Assembly (NCBI GenBank): GCA_036264355.1
Contig: DATARD010000198.1
Coordinates: forward strand, 15,565-79,564
Source: Thermoanaerobaculia bacterium
GTDB taxonomy: Bacteria; Acidobacteriota; Thermoanaerobaculia; Multivoradales; UBA5704
Direction of reading: 5' to 3'
Length of the DNA stretch: 64,000 bases
The notes beneath the pieces were generated by a model. It worked only from the letters and a program-made list of their open reading frames with translations. It was not told where the DNA came from and searched no databases. Of the stretch, positions 38,466 through 48,566 are shown in pieces (the first letter of the stretch is position 1; each line of letters begins with the position of its first letter). A program made the translations under genes and the position numbers.

Positions 38466-40865
38466 CTAAAACACGTACCGGATCCTCCCCGCGATCGTGC
38501 GCGGCGGAATCACGTGCGTGCCTCCGAAAGTGGACTGGAAGTTGTAGAGACCTTTCTTGTCGAAGGCGTTCAAGACGTCGAGCTGGATCTCGAACGGCAT
38601 GCCGTACTGCTGGAGCCGCGCGCCGAGCGAGAAGTTGAAGATCGTCCGTGGCTTGACGCGCTGCGGGTCCTCGTTGAAGCGGATGAACGGCACGGCGTAG
38701 GCGGTATCCGGACTGGACAGCAGATCCTCCGGGGTGCCGCCACCGGTGACCAGACCCGAGTCATAGCGCTGTGTCATGCCGGCCCAGAAGCCTGTCCTGG
38801 GGATGTCCCAGAAGATCCCGAGCTGCTCCTGGAGATCCTGGTCGTGGTCGATGACGAAAGGACCGCCGGTCAGGGTGTCGAGGGCGCCGGAGTCGAGGAA
38901 GAGACCACCGACGAACGGCGGAATGTAGATCGCATGGACGTGGCCGAGGGAGAGGTAGCCGCGCACCCCGTCAAAAGGTCCGGCGTCGAGACGCGCGTTC
39001 CAACCGTTCAGGTCGCCGCCCTTGAAGTTGAGCGGGAAGACGATGCCGGTGTTGAAGAACTGGCCCTGGTCGGCAGCGTTGACCACCGTCCGCTTCCAGT
39101 AGGATAGATCGAGGCGCAAACCGGATCCGATGCCCTGTTGGAGGCCGAAGTTCCAGGCCTTGTGGCGCTCCGAGACGTTGAAGAGCTGGCCGAAGCCGAG
39201 CCGATTGGATTCCTGGACGTCCGGCGGCACCAGCGAGGCGGCGGCCGACGACGAGGAGGTGAGGATGTTCTCGTACTCCGGCGTGATGAACATGCGGTCG
39301 TAAGACGCCCGCACCACAGTCTTCGTGGCGGGAATGTAATAGGCGGCTCCGACGCGCGGCTGGAGCAGGTCTTCCGTCCGGAACAGGCTGTTTTTGTCGT
39401 AGCGCAACCCGGCGTTGACCGTCAGGTCCTTCCACTTGAAGGTGTCCTGGGCGAAGGCGGCGTAGTACTTGCCGGTGCGCGAGCCGCTGAACACGAACGG
39501 CGCGCCGCCGCGGGTCAGATCATAAGGCGCGAGGTTGGGGTTGTATCCGTCCACGTCGGGATCGTTGAGAGTCGGATCGGTAATGCCGAAGCTGAACGTC
39601 TCGCGGATGGGGAAACGTTTGGCCTGGATGCCGGCCTTGAAGACGTTCGGACCCACCTCTTGCGACAGGGCGACGTTGGTGCCCTGGTTGGCCAGCGAGC
39701 GGTTCTGCCGCGCCGTCACCGGCGTATCTCCCGCGGAGGGCAGGAGCTTCAGTTGATTGTTCCGGCCGTAGATCTGGGCGTCGAGCACGGTGCCCTGGCC
39801 GGCGATGAGCTGGTATCCGAGGTTGGCGTTCCAATCCTGGGAGGTCACCCGCTGGTTCTGGCCGGCCTCCTGCTGCGACGGCAGGTTCGTCACGTCGCGG
39901 TCGGTCTTGCCGCCGCTGCCGGTGAGACGGAAGGAGCTTGCGCTGTCGGGCGCCAGGTCGTAGCGGAGGAAGCCGCGCCGGGTGGTGCCGTGATTGTGGA
40001 AGTCGTCGAAGGAGACGGGATCGAGGAAGCGGTCGGAGCGCGAGCCGTCGAGGTTCACGAAGAGGCCGGATTTCGAGGAGCCGTGGCCCACGGCGACGGA
40101 GCCCTCCTGCGTGGAGAAGCGCGCGGCGCCGACGCCGACGTCCCCTTTCCAACCGTTCTGTCCGAGCGCGGAGCGGGTGGTCAGGTTGATCACGCCGTTC
40201 GCCTTCTCCCCGTACTCGGCGGGGATGCCGCCGACGACGATTTCGATCTCCTGCGAGATCGCCGGGTCGAGCGAGTTCGAGAAGGTGACGCCGATCTGGT
40301 CGCCGATCGGCTGGCCGTCGATCACCAGGAGCTGCTGGGAGTGGCCGCCCTGGAAGTGGTAGCGGCCGTTCTCGTCCTGGCTGAAGCCCGGCGCGGAGAG
40401 CACGATCTGCTCGAAAGCCCGCGACGCCGCGGCCGCCGGCATGCGCTGGATGAGCGACTTGTCGATGTCCACGTGGCTCGACGAGTCGTCGGTTTCGAGC
40501 GCCACAGCTTCTTTCTCGGCGGTCACCGTGGTGGTCTCCCCGAACGCCGCGAGGAGGGTCAGGGTCCTGTCGACCGGGATGCTGCCGCGCACGTCGACGT
40601 CGACGTGGACATCACGGAACTGATCGAGCGAAGCCAGCAGGTGGTACGGGTTGTCGGGGACGTTGAGAAAGCGGAAGGCGCCGTCCGCCGCCGCGACGGT
40701 GGTCTGGGAGTAGCCGACGAGATCGTTGCTCAGGGTGACGGTGGCTCCGGGGAGCGGTTTGCCGTCGGGGCCGACGACGTGGCCCCGTACCTGGCCCGCG
40801 AAAGCGGCCGGCGCGCAAAGAAGCCCGAAGAGAAAACCGGGGAGAAGGACGCTTTTCCAAAACAT
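38466..40865 (-). CDS. TonB-dependent receptor with N-terminal carboxypeptidase-regulatory-like domain
   Basis: Signal peptide MFWKSVLLPGFLFGLLCAPAAFA. GQVRGHVVGPDGKPLPGATVTL. Plug and long beta-barrel. C-terminal RIRYVF aromatic terminus. Confidence 0.85.
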   Translation of the reverse strand: MFWKSVLLPGFLFGLLCAPAAFAGQVRGHVVGPDGKPLPGATVTLSNDLVGYSQTTVAAADGAFRFLNVPDNPYHLLASLDQFRDVHVDVDVRGSIPVDRTLTLLAAFGETTTVTAEKEAVALETDDSSSHVDIDKSLIQRMPAAAASRAFEQIVLSAPGFSQDENGRYHFQGGHSQQLLVIDGQPIGDQIGVTFSNSLDPAISQEIEIVVGGIPAEYGEKANGVINLTTRSALGQNGWKGDVGVGAARFSTQEGSVAVGHGSSKSGLFVNLDGSRSDRFLDPVSFDDFHNHGTTRRGFLRYDLAPDSASSFRLTGSGGKTDRDVTNLPSQQEAGQNQRVTSQDWNANLGYQLIAGQGTVLDAQIYGRNNQLKLLPSAGDTPVTARQNRSLANQGTNVALSQEVGPNVFKAGIQAKRFPIRETFSFGITDPTLNDPDVDGYNPNLAPYDLTRGGAPFVFSGSRTGKYYAAFAQDTFKWKDLTVNAGLRYDKNSLFRTEDLLQPRVGAAYYIPATKTVVRASYDRMFITPEYENILTSSSSAAASLVPPDVQESNRLGFGQLFNVSERHKAWNFGLQQGIGSGLRLDLSYWKRTVVNAADQGQFFNTGIVFPLNFKGGDLNGWNARLDAGPFDGVRGYLSLGHVHAIYIPPFVGGLFLDSGALDTLTGGPFVIDHDQDLQEQLGIFWDIPRTGFWAGMTQRYDSGLVTGGGTPEDLLSSPDTAYAVPFIRFNEDPQRVKPRTIFNFSLGARLQQYGMPFEIQLDVLNAFDKKGLYNFQSTFGGTHVIPPRTIAGRIRYVF

Positions 40866-40985
40866 TGCAAACCTCCGGAGAAATCGCCGGCGGAACGGAG
40901 CCGCCACGGCGGTTCAAAAACGCACGAGCACGGATCGGCCACCCCGCGGAGGCGCGGCGGCCGGACGATGGGCGGGCGGAGGAGG

Positions 40986-41354
40986 TCAGCAGGCGGGAGG
41001 GCCGCGTGCGAGGCACGGGCGGCGGGCGGGGCGTCCGGCTCGCGGCGGCGCGGAGGCGTGCACGCGGGCATGCACAGGGAGCGGCGCCGCCCGCACGGAT
41101 TCGAGCACATGAGCGCCGCTCGTCTGCAGGCGGTGCACGCAGCCCGGGCAGGGGCGCTGCACGATGACGTCGGCGCGGCAGAGATGGTTCGGGCCGCGGT
41201 GAGAGACGATCGTCGCGCGCGGGCTCCAGGCGGACTCCTCGCCGGAGTCCTCGTGGAGCCCTCCCGGGCGGTGCAGATCGAAGGCGCCCAAGCCGAGCGA
41301 TGCTGCCACCAGCAGGGCCACCAGCAGGCGGGCACAGAGGGCCCGCCGGACCAT
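40986..41354 (-). CDS. small secreted Cys/His protein (DUF2946-like), paralog 1
   Basis: ATG at 41354. Signal peptide MVRRALCARLLVALLVAASLG. Motif RPCPGCVHRLQTSG shared with the 41563..41937 product. Directly upstream of the TonB receptor. Confidence 0.5.
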   Translation of the reverse strand: MVRRALCARLLVALLVAASLGLGAFDLHRPGGLHEDSGEESAWSPRATIVSHRGPNHLCRADVIVQRPCPGCVHRLQTSGAHVLESVRAAPLPVHARVHASAPPRAGRPARRPCLARGPPAC

Positions 41355-41562
41355 GAAAAATCCCGGGAGAGAGAAGATGAACCAAGACAGAGAGGAGCCA
41401 GATCCCGTCTGGTTATATCTCTCCCCTCCCCCGAGAAGCTTGCTCAGACGACAACGCCGGAATGCCAATGCCCCTCCAGTCCTTCAGCCGGAACGATGTG
41501 GAGCTTTCCCCGGCCGACAGCACGGCCAGGGGACGGAGCACCTCGGTGCCGGAAGGATCAGA

Positions 41563-41937
41563 TCAGGCGATGGGTGGAGCGCGGGCTGGACGGGAGAGGC
41601 GGGAGAGACCGCAGGGGACGGGAGCCGTCTCGCTGGAAACCACTCCGCTGGCCGACGGGACGCCGCAGGAGGCTGCGGCGACGAGACGGATGCCGGCCGT
41701 TTGCAGGCGGAGCAGGCAGATCTCGCAGACCGGCCGCTTGACGATCTCGGACGCTTCGAAGTGAAGCGGCTGCCCGGGATGGACGGCGGCGTGCGAGAAG
41801 GACTCTTCCTCCGCCACGCCGAAGGAGTGCGCGGCGCAGGAAGAGTGGGGAGCGACCGCCGCCAGGGACACGACCAACGCCAGGAACGCCGCCAGGAAGC
41901 GGCAGGTTCCAGCGCGGGGGCGGAAGGGTCTCTCCAT
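41563..41937 (-). CDS. small secreted Cys/His protein (DUF2946-like), paralog 2
   Basis: ATG at 41937. Hydrophobic leader FLAAFLALVVSLAAVA. EESFSHAAVHPGQPLH…RPVCEICLLRLQTAG aligns with paralog 1. Confidence 0.5.
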   Translation of the reverse strand: MERPFRPRAGTCRFLAAFLALVVSLAAVAPHSSCAAHSFGVAEEESFSHAAVHPGQPLHFEASEIVKRPVCEICLLRLQTAGIRLVAAASCGVPSASGVVSSETAPVPCGLSRLSRPARAPPIA

Positions 41938-42153
41938 CGGCAGGGGACAGGATAGCACACCCTGCTACGGTTCCCGGGAGCATTCCCGCAGGAAGCCACG
42001 CCGCCCGGCACAAGACATGTCCATGCTGAAAACCGGCTCGCTTTGAGCCCTCTCCTGCACCCTCTCTTTATGGAGACGACGCTGAGGTCGTCCCCATCCA
42101 TTCACTGACAGCTTGTCATCGGAATTTTATTTCTGGAAAGAGAAGGAGAGTCT

Positions 42154-44916
42154 ATGCAGCGATTCATGCGTGTGCTCGCGCTCGGGATCCTCGTCGCCGG
42201 CCTCGTCCCGGCCTCCCGCGCGTTGGCGGCCGGCCGGCAGGAATGGCCGACGGTGCAGGAGCAGCTCAGCAAGGACCATGTGCAGCTCGGGTCCGCCCTC
42301 GAACGGCTGATCCTGGCGAACCAGGACTTCAGCGTCCTGAATCCCAAGGAATTCAACGACCGCATCACGATTCCCCTCTGGCTGCGTGTCCTCTATCGGA
42401 AGAACCACCCGCACGACACGTTCTCGCCGAAAGACCCGACCGGCGGCTATCCGCTGGTGCTGCACGAAGTCTGGGAGTGGATGGTGAGCCACCAGGACCT
42501 GCAACGCGGCAAGGTCGAAGGCATCCACAGCGAGAACAAGTCGGCCACCGAGACCGGCGAGATGCGGATCTCCGGCGCCCAGACCTCGCCGCGCAGCGAG
42601 ACCGACATCCGGGTCAACTACCAGAACCCGCTGAAGATCATCGGCGCCTCGAACAACATCAGCTCGGCCGGCCGCCAGGCGATGTTCTTCTCCTCGAACG
42701 GCGGCACCTCCTGGGGCCAGACCCTGCTGCCGCTGGTGACCGGCGACTCGTTCCAGTCCGATCCCACGGTGGATTGGACCTCGGACGGCACCGCGTGGTC
42801 CACCACGATCGGCATCAACTCGGCGGGGACCATCCTCAAGATGCGCTCCTACAAGTCGACCGACGGCGGCGCCACCTGGACCTTCGACGCCACCTTCTCC
42901 GGCAGCACGACCAACAACGACAAGCAGATGATCTGGGTCGACCACTCCGCCACCTCGCCGTTCAAGGACAACATCTACGCCATCTGGCACCCCGGGCTTC
43001 CCGCCGTCGTGGCGCGGCGCACCGGACCGACCGGCTCGTGGCAGACCCCGGTTCAGGTCAGCGGCTCGGAGACCACCGGCACGGCGATCGGCGATGATGT
43101 CAAGACCAACAGCTTCGGCGACGTCTTCGCCTTCTTCCCCGACACCGGCAGCCAGCGGCTCAACGTCGCCAAGTCGACCAACGGCGGCGTCTCCTTCGGT
43201 GCGCCGGTGCGCCTCGGCACCAGCTTCGCCTCCTTCCAGTTCGCCATCCCGGCCGACGCCAGCCGCCAGGTGCTGGTCTACATGACCGGCGGCGCCTACC
43301 GCACCTCGACCGTGAACAACGTCTACGCCGCCTGGAACGACCTCTCCGGCGACTCCGGCTGCACCAGCGGCGGCGGCCCGGGCACCAACGCCTCCTCGAG
43401 CTGCAAGAGCCGCATCTGGTTCTCCCGCTCGACCGACGGCGGCGCCACCTGGTCGGCGCCGGCGAAGATCAACAACCAGTCCGGCCTCAACGACCAGTTC
43501 TTCCCCTGGCTGGTGGTGGACGAGACGAACGGCAAGGTCGCGATCGCCTACTACGACACGGTCGGCGACTCGACCCGCGCGACCACCAACGTCTATTACC
43601 AGTCCTCGACCGACAACGGCACCACCTGGAGCACCCCGTTCAAGGTGACGACCGCCACCACCAACGAGACCCTCGCCGGCGCCGATTCCGGCAACCAGTA
43701 CGGTGACTACACCGGCCTGTCCGGCATCGCGGGCACCTTCTTCCCGGTGTGGACCGACCGCCGCAGCGGCGCCTCGGAAGAGGTGTGGACGGCGAACATC
43801 GCCGACGGCACCATCGCCACCCCGGACTTCACGATCGCCGCCTCTCCCACCACCCTCTCCGTGCAGCAGGGCAACGCGGGCACCTCGACGATCACCACCA
43901 CCGTCTCCGGCGGCTTCAACAACGCCATCTCGCTCTCCGCCTCCGGCCAGCCCACCGGTGTGACCGTCGGCTTCAGCCCCAATCCGATCGCGGCGCCGGG
44001 CTCCGGCTCCTCGACGGCGACCTTCACCGTCGCCTCCACGGTCGCCGCGGGCACCTATCCGATCACCATCACCGGCACCGGCGGCACCACCACCCACAAC
44101 ACCACGGTGAACCTCACCGTCACCACGGTGCCCACCCCCGACTTCACGATCTCGGCCTCGCCGACCGCGCTCACCGTGGTGCAGGGCAACGCCGGCACCT
44201 CGACGGTGACCACCGCCGTCTCCGGCGGCTTCAACGCCGCCATCGCGCTGACCGCTTCCGGCCAGCCCACCGGCGTCACCGTCGGCTTCAGCCCCGCCTC
44301 GATCGCGGCGCCCGGCTCCGGCACCTCGACGGCCACCTTCACCGTCGCCTCGACCACCGCGACCGGCGTCTACCCGATCACCATCACCGGCACCGGCGGC
44401 GGCAAGACCCACACCGCCACCGTCACCCTCACGGTGACCAGCGGCACCTCGACGCAGCTCCTGCTCAACCCCGGCTTCGAGAGCGGCGCGGTCAACTGGA
44501 CGGCCACCGCCGGCGTCATCGACAACTCGTCCGGTGAGCCGGCCCGCACGGGCTCCTGGAAGGCGTGGCTCGACGGCTACGGCACCACCCACACCGACTC
44601 CATCTATCAGCAGGTGACCATTCCGTCGACCGCCGTCTCGGCGACGCTCAACTTCTATCTCCACATCGACACCGCCGAGACCACCACCACGACCGCGTAC
44701 GACACCCTGGCGGTGCAGATCCGCAACTCCTCGAACACCGTCCTCGCGACGCTCCATACCTTCTCGAACCTCGATCACAACACCGGTTACGCTCTGCAGA
44801 GCTACAACCTGATCGCCTACAAGGGCCAGACGATCCGTGTCTACTTCCTCGGCACGGAAGACGTCTCGCTGCAGACTTCGTTCGTCATCGATGACACCGC
44901 CCTGAACGTCAACTGA
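42154..44916 (+). CDS. secreted BNR/sialidase-like beta-propeller protein with the same C-terminal Ig-like + jelly-roll module as the protease
   Basis: AAGGAGAG + ATG. Signal peptide. BNR motifs SSNGGTSW, STDGGATW (x2), STDNGTTW. The last 1098 nt are collinear with 37291..38388. Confidence 0.85.
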   Translation: MQRFMRVLALGILVAGLVPASRALAAGRQEWPTVQEQLSKDHVQLGSALERLILANQDFSVLNPKEFNDRITIPLWLRVLYRKNHPHDTFSPKDPTGGYPLVLHEVWEWMVSHQDLQRGKVEGIHSENKSATETGEMRISGAQTSPRSETDIRVNYQNPLKIIGASNNISSAGRQAMFFSSNGGTSWGQTLLPLVTGDSFQSDPTVDWTSDGTAWSTTIGINSAGTILKMRSYKSTDGGATWTFDATFSGSTTNNDKQMIWVDHSATSPFKDNIYAIWHPGLPAVVARRTGPTGSWQTPVQVSGSETTGTAIGDDVKTNSFGDVFAFFPDTGSQRLNVAKSTNGGVSFGAPVRLGTSFASFQFAIPADASRQVLVYMTGGAYRTSTVNNVYAAWNDLSGDSGCTSGGGPGTNASSSCKSRIWFSRSTDGGATWSAPAKINNQSGLNDQFFPWLVVDETNGKVAIAYYDTVGDSTRATTNVYYQSSTDNGTTWSTPFKVTTATTNETLAGADSGNQYGDYTGLSGIAGTFFPVWTDRRSGASEEVWTANIADGTIATPDFTIAASPTTLSVQQGNAGTSTITTTVSGGFNNAISLSASGQPTGVTVGFSPNPIAAPGSGSSTATFTVASTVAAGTYPITITGTGGTTTHNTTVNLTVTTVPTPDFTISASPTALTVVQGNAGTSTVTTAVSGGFNAAIALTASGQPTGVTVGFSPASIAAPGSGTSTATFTVASTTATGVYPITITGTGGGKTHTATVTLTVTSGTSTQLLLNPGFESGAVNWTATAGVIDNSSGEPARTGSWKAWLDGYGTTHTDSIYQQVTIPSTAVSATLNFYLHIDTAETTTTTAYDTLAVQIRNSSNTVLATLHTFSNLDHNTGYALQSYNLIAYKGQTIRVYFLGTEDVSLQTSFVIDDTALNVN

Positions 44917-44940
44917 GCGTTCGACGGCTGCACACCCCCG

Positions 44941-44974
44941 GCCCCCTCTTCCCTTGTGGGAGAGGGGGCTTTTT
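44941..44974 (+). terminator. rho-independent terminator (paralogous to 38424-38453)
   Basis: gccccctct(t)ccc / gggagagggggc stem followed by ttttt. The flank ggctgcacacccccggccccctc is shared with the other terminator. Confidence 0.75.
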
Positions 44975-45021
44975 CTTGTAAAATCCCCGCACACATTTTC
45001 AAGCGAGAAGGGAGAAGTGTC

Positions 45022-45807
45022 ATGTCAGAAGCGCACGAGGCGCTGGAGAGGGCCGAGCATGCGGCGCACAGCGGAGGGCATGAGGATCACGGAGGCCACA
45101 AGGGCAGCGCGAAGCTCATCGGCCTGACGATGGCGCTGATCGGCGTGCTCATCGCGCTCTGTGCCGCGATGGTGGGCTCCGAGCGCAACGAGCTGACCCG
45201 GGCCATGATCATGCAGACCCAGGCCCACTCCGACTACACCAGCGCGAGCACCAAGTTCCGCCTCGTCATGCTCGATCTGGAGAACCTGCACGGGGCCCAG
45301 GCCGCCCCCGGCGCCCAGCCCAGCCCGGTCCTGGAGCGCTTCATCCGCCTCTACATGGACTACTCCACGGAACGCACCCTCTCGAAGACCTGGGCCGACA
45401 GCTATGAGCCGCTCGTCGAGGCGCACTTCGAGGCCGCGGAAGGGTATGAGAAAGCACAGCTCATCGCCGAGATCGGCATCGTCATCGCCTCGCTCGGTGT
45501 CCTGCTCGCCAGCCGCACCGCCTGGATCATCTCAATCCTCATCGCCGCCCTCTCGGTCGGCCAGCTCGGCCGCACCCTGGTGCACACCCGCTCCAGCGTC
45601 GGCAGCGACAACGTGAAGGTCGAAAAGGCCGAGGAGGCCTACCAGAATCTCCGCAAAGCGCACACCGGCGCCAACGAAGACGAAAAAACCGTCGACCAGC
45701 TCGATCCCGGCGGCAAGATCCGCACCGCGCTGGACGAAAAGATGAAGGCCGCCAACGCGGCGGCGGGGCACGGAGAGGGCGAGGAGAAGAAGAAGGAGGA
45801 GAAATAG
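45022..45807 (+). CDS. DUF4337-like membrane protein
   Basis: ATG at 45022 after GGGAGAAG. His-rich N-terminus, TM helix LIGLTMALIGVLIALCAAMV, helical middle, second TM pair, Lys/Glu-rich tail. Confidence 0.7.
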   Translation: MSEAHEALERAEHAAHSGGHEDHGGHKGSAKLIGLTMALIGVLIALCAAMVGSERNELTRAMIMQTQAHSDYTSASTKFRLVMLDLENLHGAQAAPGAQPSPVLERFIRLYMDYSTERTLSKTWADSYEPLVEAHFEAAEGYEKAQLIAEIGIVIASLGVLLASRTAWIISILIAALSVGQLGRTLVHTRSSVGSDNVKVEKAEEAYQNLRKAHTGANEDEKTVDQLDPGGKIRTALDEKMKAANAAAGHGEGEEKKKEEK

Positions 45808-45885
45808 GGGGATCGGCCAGCGGCTTTGATAGGCTTCTCTCACCAAGCAGTGGCAAAGAGCTGAAATCTTCGCGGAGGGAAGCCG

Positions 45886-48537
45886 ATGACCGGAGTGTCG
45901 CGTGGGTTGGTGGGTCTTGTGCTGTTTCTGTCTCTCGTTGGATCGCCGGCGGCACGGGCGGAGCCTTGGCGCTCTTCCCTGCACGACCTGACCTATGTCG
46001 TGATCGAGAAGCGGGTGCGCACCGACATCGCACCCCCCTGTCCGGGATGCCCGCTCCAGGGTCCCAACGCCCTGGAGGCTCTGCCGGCCGAGGTGCTGCA
46101 AGGCGCCGGGGCCAACTCGGTGGAGTACGAGAGCTTCCTCTCCCTCTATCTCCCGGAGCCGGCCGCCCGCGCCCTTGCCGCCGTGGCACAGCGGCGCGGC
46201 TTGGCCGTCGCTGTCGGCAACGAGCGGGAGATCCATCTCCCCTGGCACACATTCACCCCCGGAGCGGCCGACGGCCGGGATGATCCCAACGTCACCGCCG
46301 CGGTGCCGCCCACCGCCGTCCCGGGGCTGTACCTCGTCCAGTTCGCCTATCCCATCCATCCCGACTGGCCCGCGGCCCTCGAAGCCTGCGGCGTCCACCA
46401 GATCGCCTACTTCCAGAGCCGCACGCTCCTCGTCCGCGCCTCCGGCCTGCCCGCGATCACCGGCTGCTCCGCCGCGCGCTACCTCTCCTGGAGCGAGTCC
46501 TACCGCGCCTCGGACCGCATCGCGCCGGACCTCCTCACCCAGCCGAGCCCGCTCGGCTACTGGCTGCAATTCCCCGACGGTACCGACCTCGCCGCCAAGT
46601 CGACTCAACTGCCGTCCGGCCTGACCTTCCAGGGAAGCTGGGCCTCGGCGCAGGACCACGTCGCCTACCTGCGCGTCCAGGCGAGCCCGGCCGCCCTCGC
46701 CGCCTACGTGGCCACCGATCCCGACCTCCTCACCGTCGCCAGCCAGTCCGCCGGGGCACCGAGTGACGAGCGGCAAGGGCAAATCATCGCCGGCAACCAC
46801 GGAGCCTCGAGCCTCTGCGCGGATCCGGCGAATTGCCAATTTCCCCGCTATAAGGACTGGCTCACCAGCCGCGGCCTGCTCACCCCCACCAACCAGCAGA
46901 CCGTGGCCGTGATCGACCAGACCGGCTACGACAACGGACTTCCGCCGACCCCGGGCATCATCGACCACCACCCCGACATGGAAAGCCCCGAACGCCTCGC
47001 CGCCATCTGCGGTGGTGGCACCACGGCCTACTGCTATACGACGCCGAGCCCCTTCGGCGACCAAGCGGGCCATCCGACGATGGTAGCCGGCATCATCGCC
47101 GCCGACGGCTCCGTCTCGGGAGCCACCGGCGGCACCGACACCGCGGGCTACTATAATGGCATGGGAATCGCACCCGGAGCGAAGATCTTTTCCTACGAGG
47201 TCTCTGGCGGGGGCCTGACTGACATCTCCAATCAGCAGGTGGCCCTCAACTACAGCAGGAACAAGATGGAGGCAGGTTTTGCGGACCGGGCGTTCATTGC
47301 GAACAACAGTTGGAATGAGTTTAAGCAAGACGGTTCGCAGGCGTTTGTACCGAAAGCAGTCTATGACCCTGTCGCGCAGTTCTATGACAATCGGGTGCTT
47401 GATGCAAACACTGCCGTCTCCGGGAATCAGCCGATGACGCTCGTCTTCTCTGCAGGGAACTACGCCTACAACTGCGTCACCCAGACGAGCAGTTGGGACT
47501 CGGTGAGCAGCCCGGCGGTCGCCAAAAACGTCATCTCAGTCGGGGCGTCGTTGAGCTATCGGCCCGCACCGGACCCACCGCTCGCCTGCCGGGGCTGCTT
47601 TGGTTCCGATGGCACCACAACCAACGGCCGGCCCCCGGACGAGGACGCGACGAACCTCAACCTGATCGCCAGCTTCAGCGGCCGGGGCCGCTACTTCGCC
47701 CCTTACCCCAGCACGGCGACCGCCAACAACACGCGCATCAAGCCGGATCTCGTAGCACCAGGCGTGCGGGTCTTCTCGACCGTGCCTTATCAGTACACAT
47801 CGTACACATCCGGCACGCCAACGGGTTGTGTCAACTTTTACCCTTCATCTCCGATGACGTATCACACCTACGGCACCGGCACGAGCTTCGCCGCACCGGT
47901 GGTGAGCGCCGCCGCGGCCATCGCCCGCAAATTGTTTCTAGACCAGGGCATCAGCAACCCATCGCCGAGCCTCATCAAGGCTGCCCTCATCGCCACAGCC
48001 GACGATCTCGGCGGATTCGCCGGCAACGAGCATCGGCCGAGCCCGCTCTATGGTTGGGGCAGGGTCTCTCTCGTCCGGCTCACCGACAGCACCCCGAAAA
48101 AAATCGTCTCGGCGACTCCTGCTTCCCCCACGACCAACCAGGTCGGAGTGGGGCAGAGCATCATCTACAAGCTCAAAGTCTCCGACCCGGCCGCTCCCAT
48201 CCTCGTCGTTCTCGCCTGGGACGATCCAGCGTCGAGCACTCAGTCCGACTCTTCTGCACCGCTCACCAACGACCTCGTCCTCGACGTGGCAGACGGAGTT
48301 TATCGAGGCAACTTCTTCAACTCGAACATGACCGGGACGAACGACGGCTGGTCCTACCCCTTCACTTTTGGCGTAGCCGCCAACGACACGGTCAACAATG
48401 TCGAAGCGGTGTTCATCCCGGCTGGGACCTTTACAACGGGAACTGTGGTGAAGGTCAAGGTCACGGGCATCAGCATGGCACCCGCCGCACCGCAACAGAC
48501 TTTCGCGCTTTATGCATACAACCTGATTTCGTCATAA
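45886..48537 (+). CDS. secreted subtilisin-like S8 serine protease
   Basis: Signal peptide. Catalytic triad contexts VAVIDQTG (Asp), GHPTMVAGIIA (His), GTGTSFAAPVVSAAAA (Ser). Confidence 0.9.
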   Translation: MTGVSRGLVGLVLFLSLVGSPAARAEPWRSSLHDLTYVVIEKRVRTDIAPPCPGCPLQGPNALEALPAEVLQGAGANSVEYESFLSLYLPEPAARALAAVAQRRGLAVAVGNEREIHLPWHTFTPGAADGRDDPNVTAAVPPTAVPGLYLVQFAYPIHPDWPAALEACGVHQIAYFQSRTLLVRASGLPAITGCSAARYLSWSESYRASDRIAPDLLTQPSPLGYWLQFPDGTDLAAKSTQLPSGLTFQGSWASAQDHVAYLRVQASPAALAAYVATDPDLLTVASQSAGAPSDERQGQIIAGNHGASSLCADPANCQFPRYKDWLTSRGLLTPTNQQTVAVIDQTGYDNGLPPTPGIIDHHPDMESPERLAAICGGGTTAYCYTTPSPFGDQAGHPTMVAGIIAADGSVSGATGGTDTAGYYNGMGIAPGAKIFSYEVSGGGLTDISNQQVALNYSRNKMEAGFADRAFIANNSWNEFKQDGSQAFVPKAVYDPVAQFYDNRVLDANTAVSGNQPMTLVFSAGNYAYNCVTQTSSWDSVSSPAVAKNVISVGASLSYRPAPDPPLACRGCFGSDGTTTNGRPPDEDATNLNLIASFSGRGRYFAPYPSTATANNTRIKPDLVAPGVRVFSTVPYQYTSYTSGTPTGCVNFYPSSPMTYHTYGTGTSFAAPVVSAAAAIARKLFLDQGISNPSPSLIKAALIATADDLGGFAGNEHRPSPLYGWGRVSLVRLTDSTPKKIVSATPASPTTNQVGVGQSIIYKLKVSDPAAPILVVLAWDDPASSTQSDSSAPLTNDLVLDVADGVYRGNFFNSNMTGTNDGWSYPFTFGVAANDTVNNVEAVFIPAGTFTTGTVVKVKVTGISMAPAAPQQTFALYAYNLISS

Positions 48538-48566
48538 GCATGGGGACCCAGGAAGGCGAAACTCGA

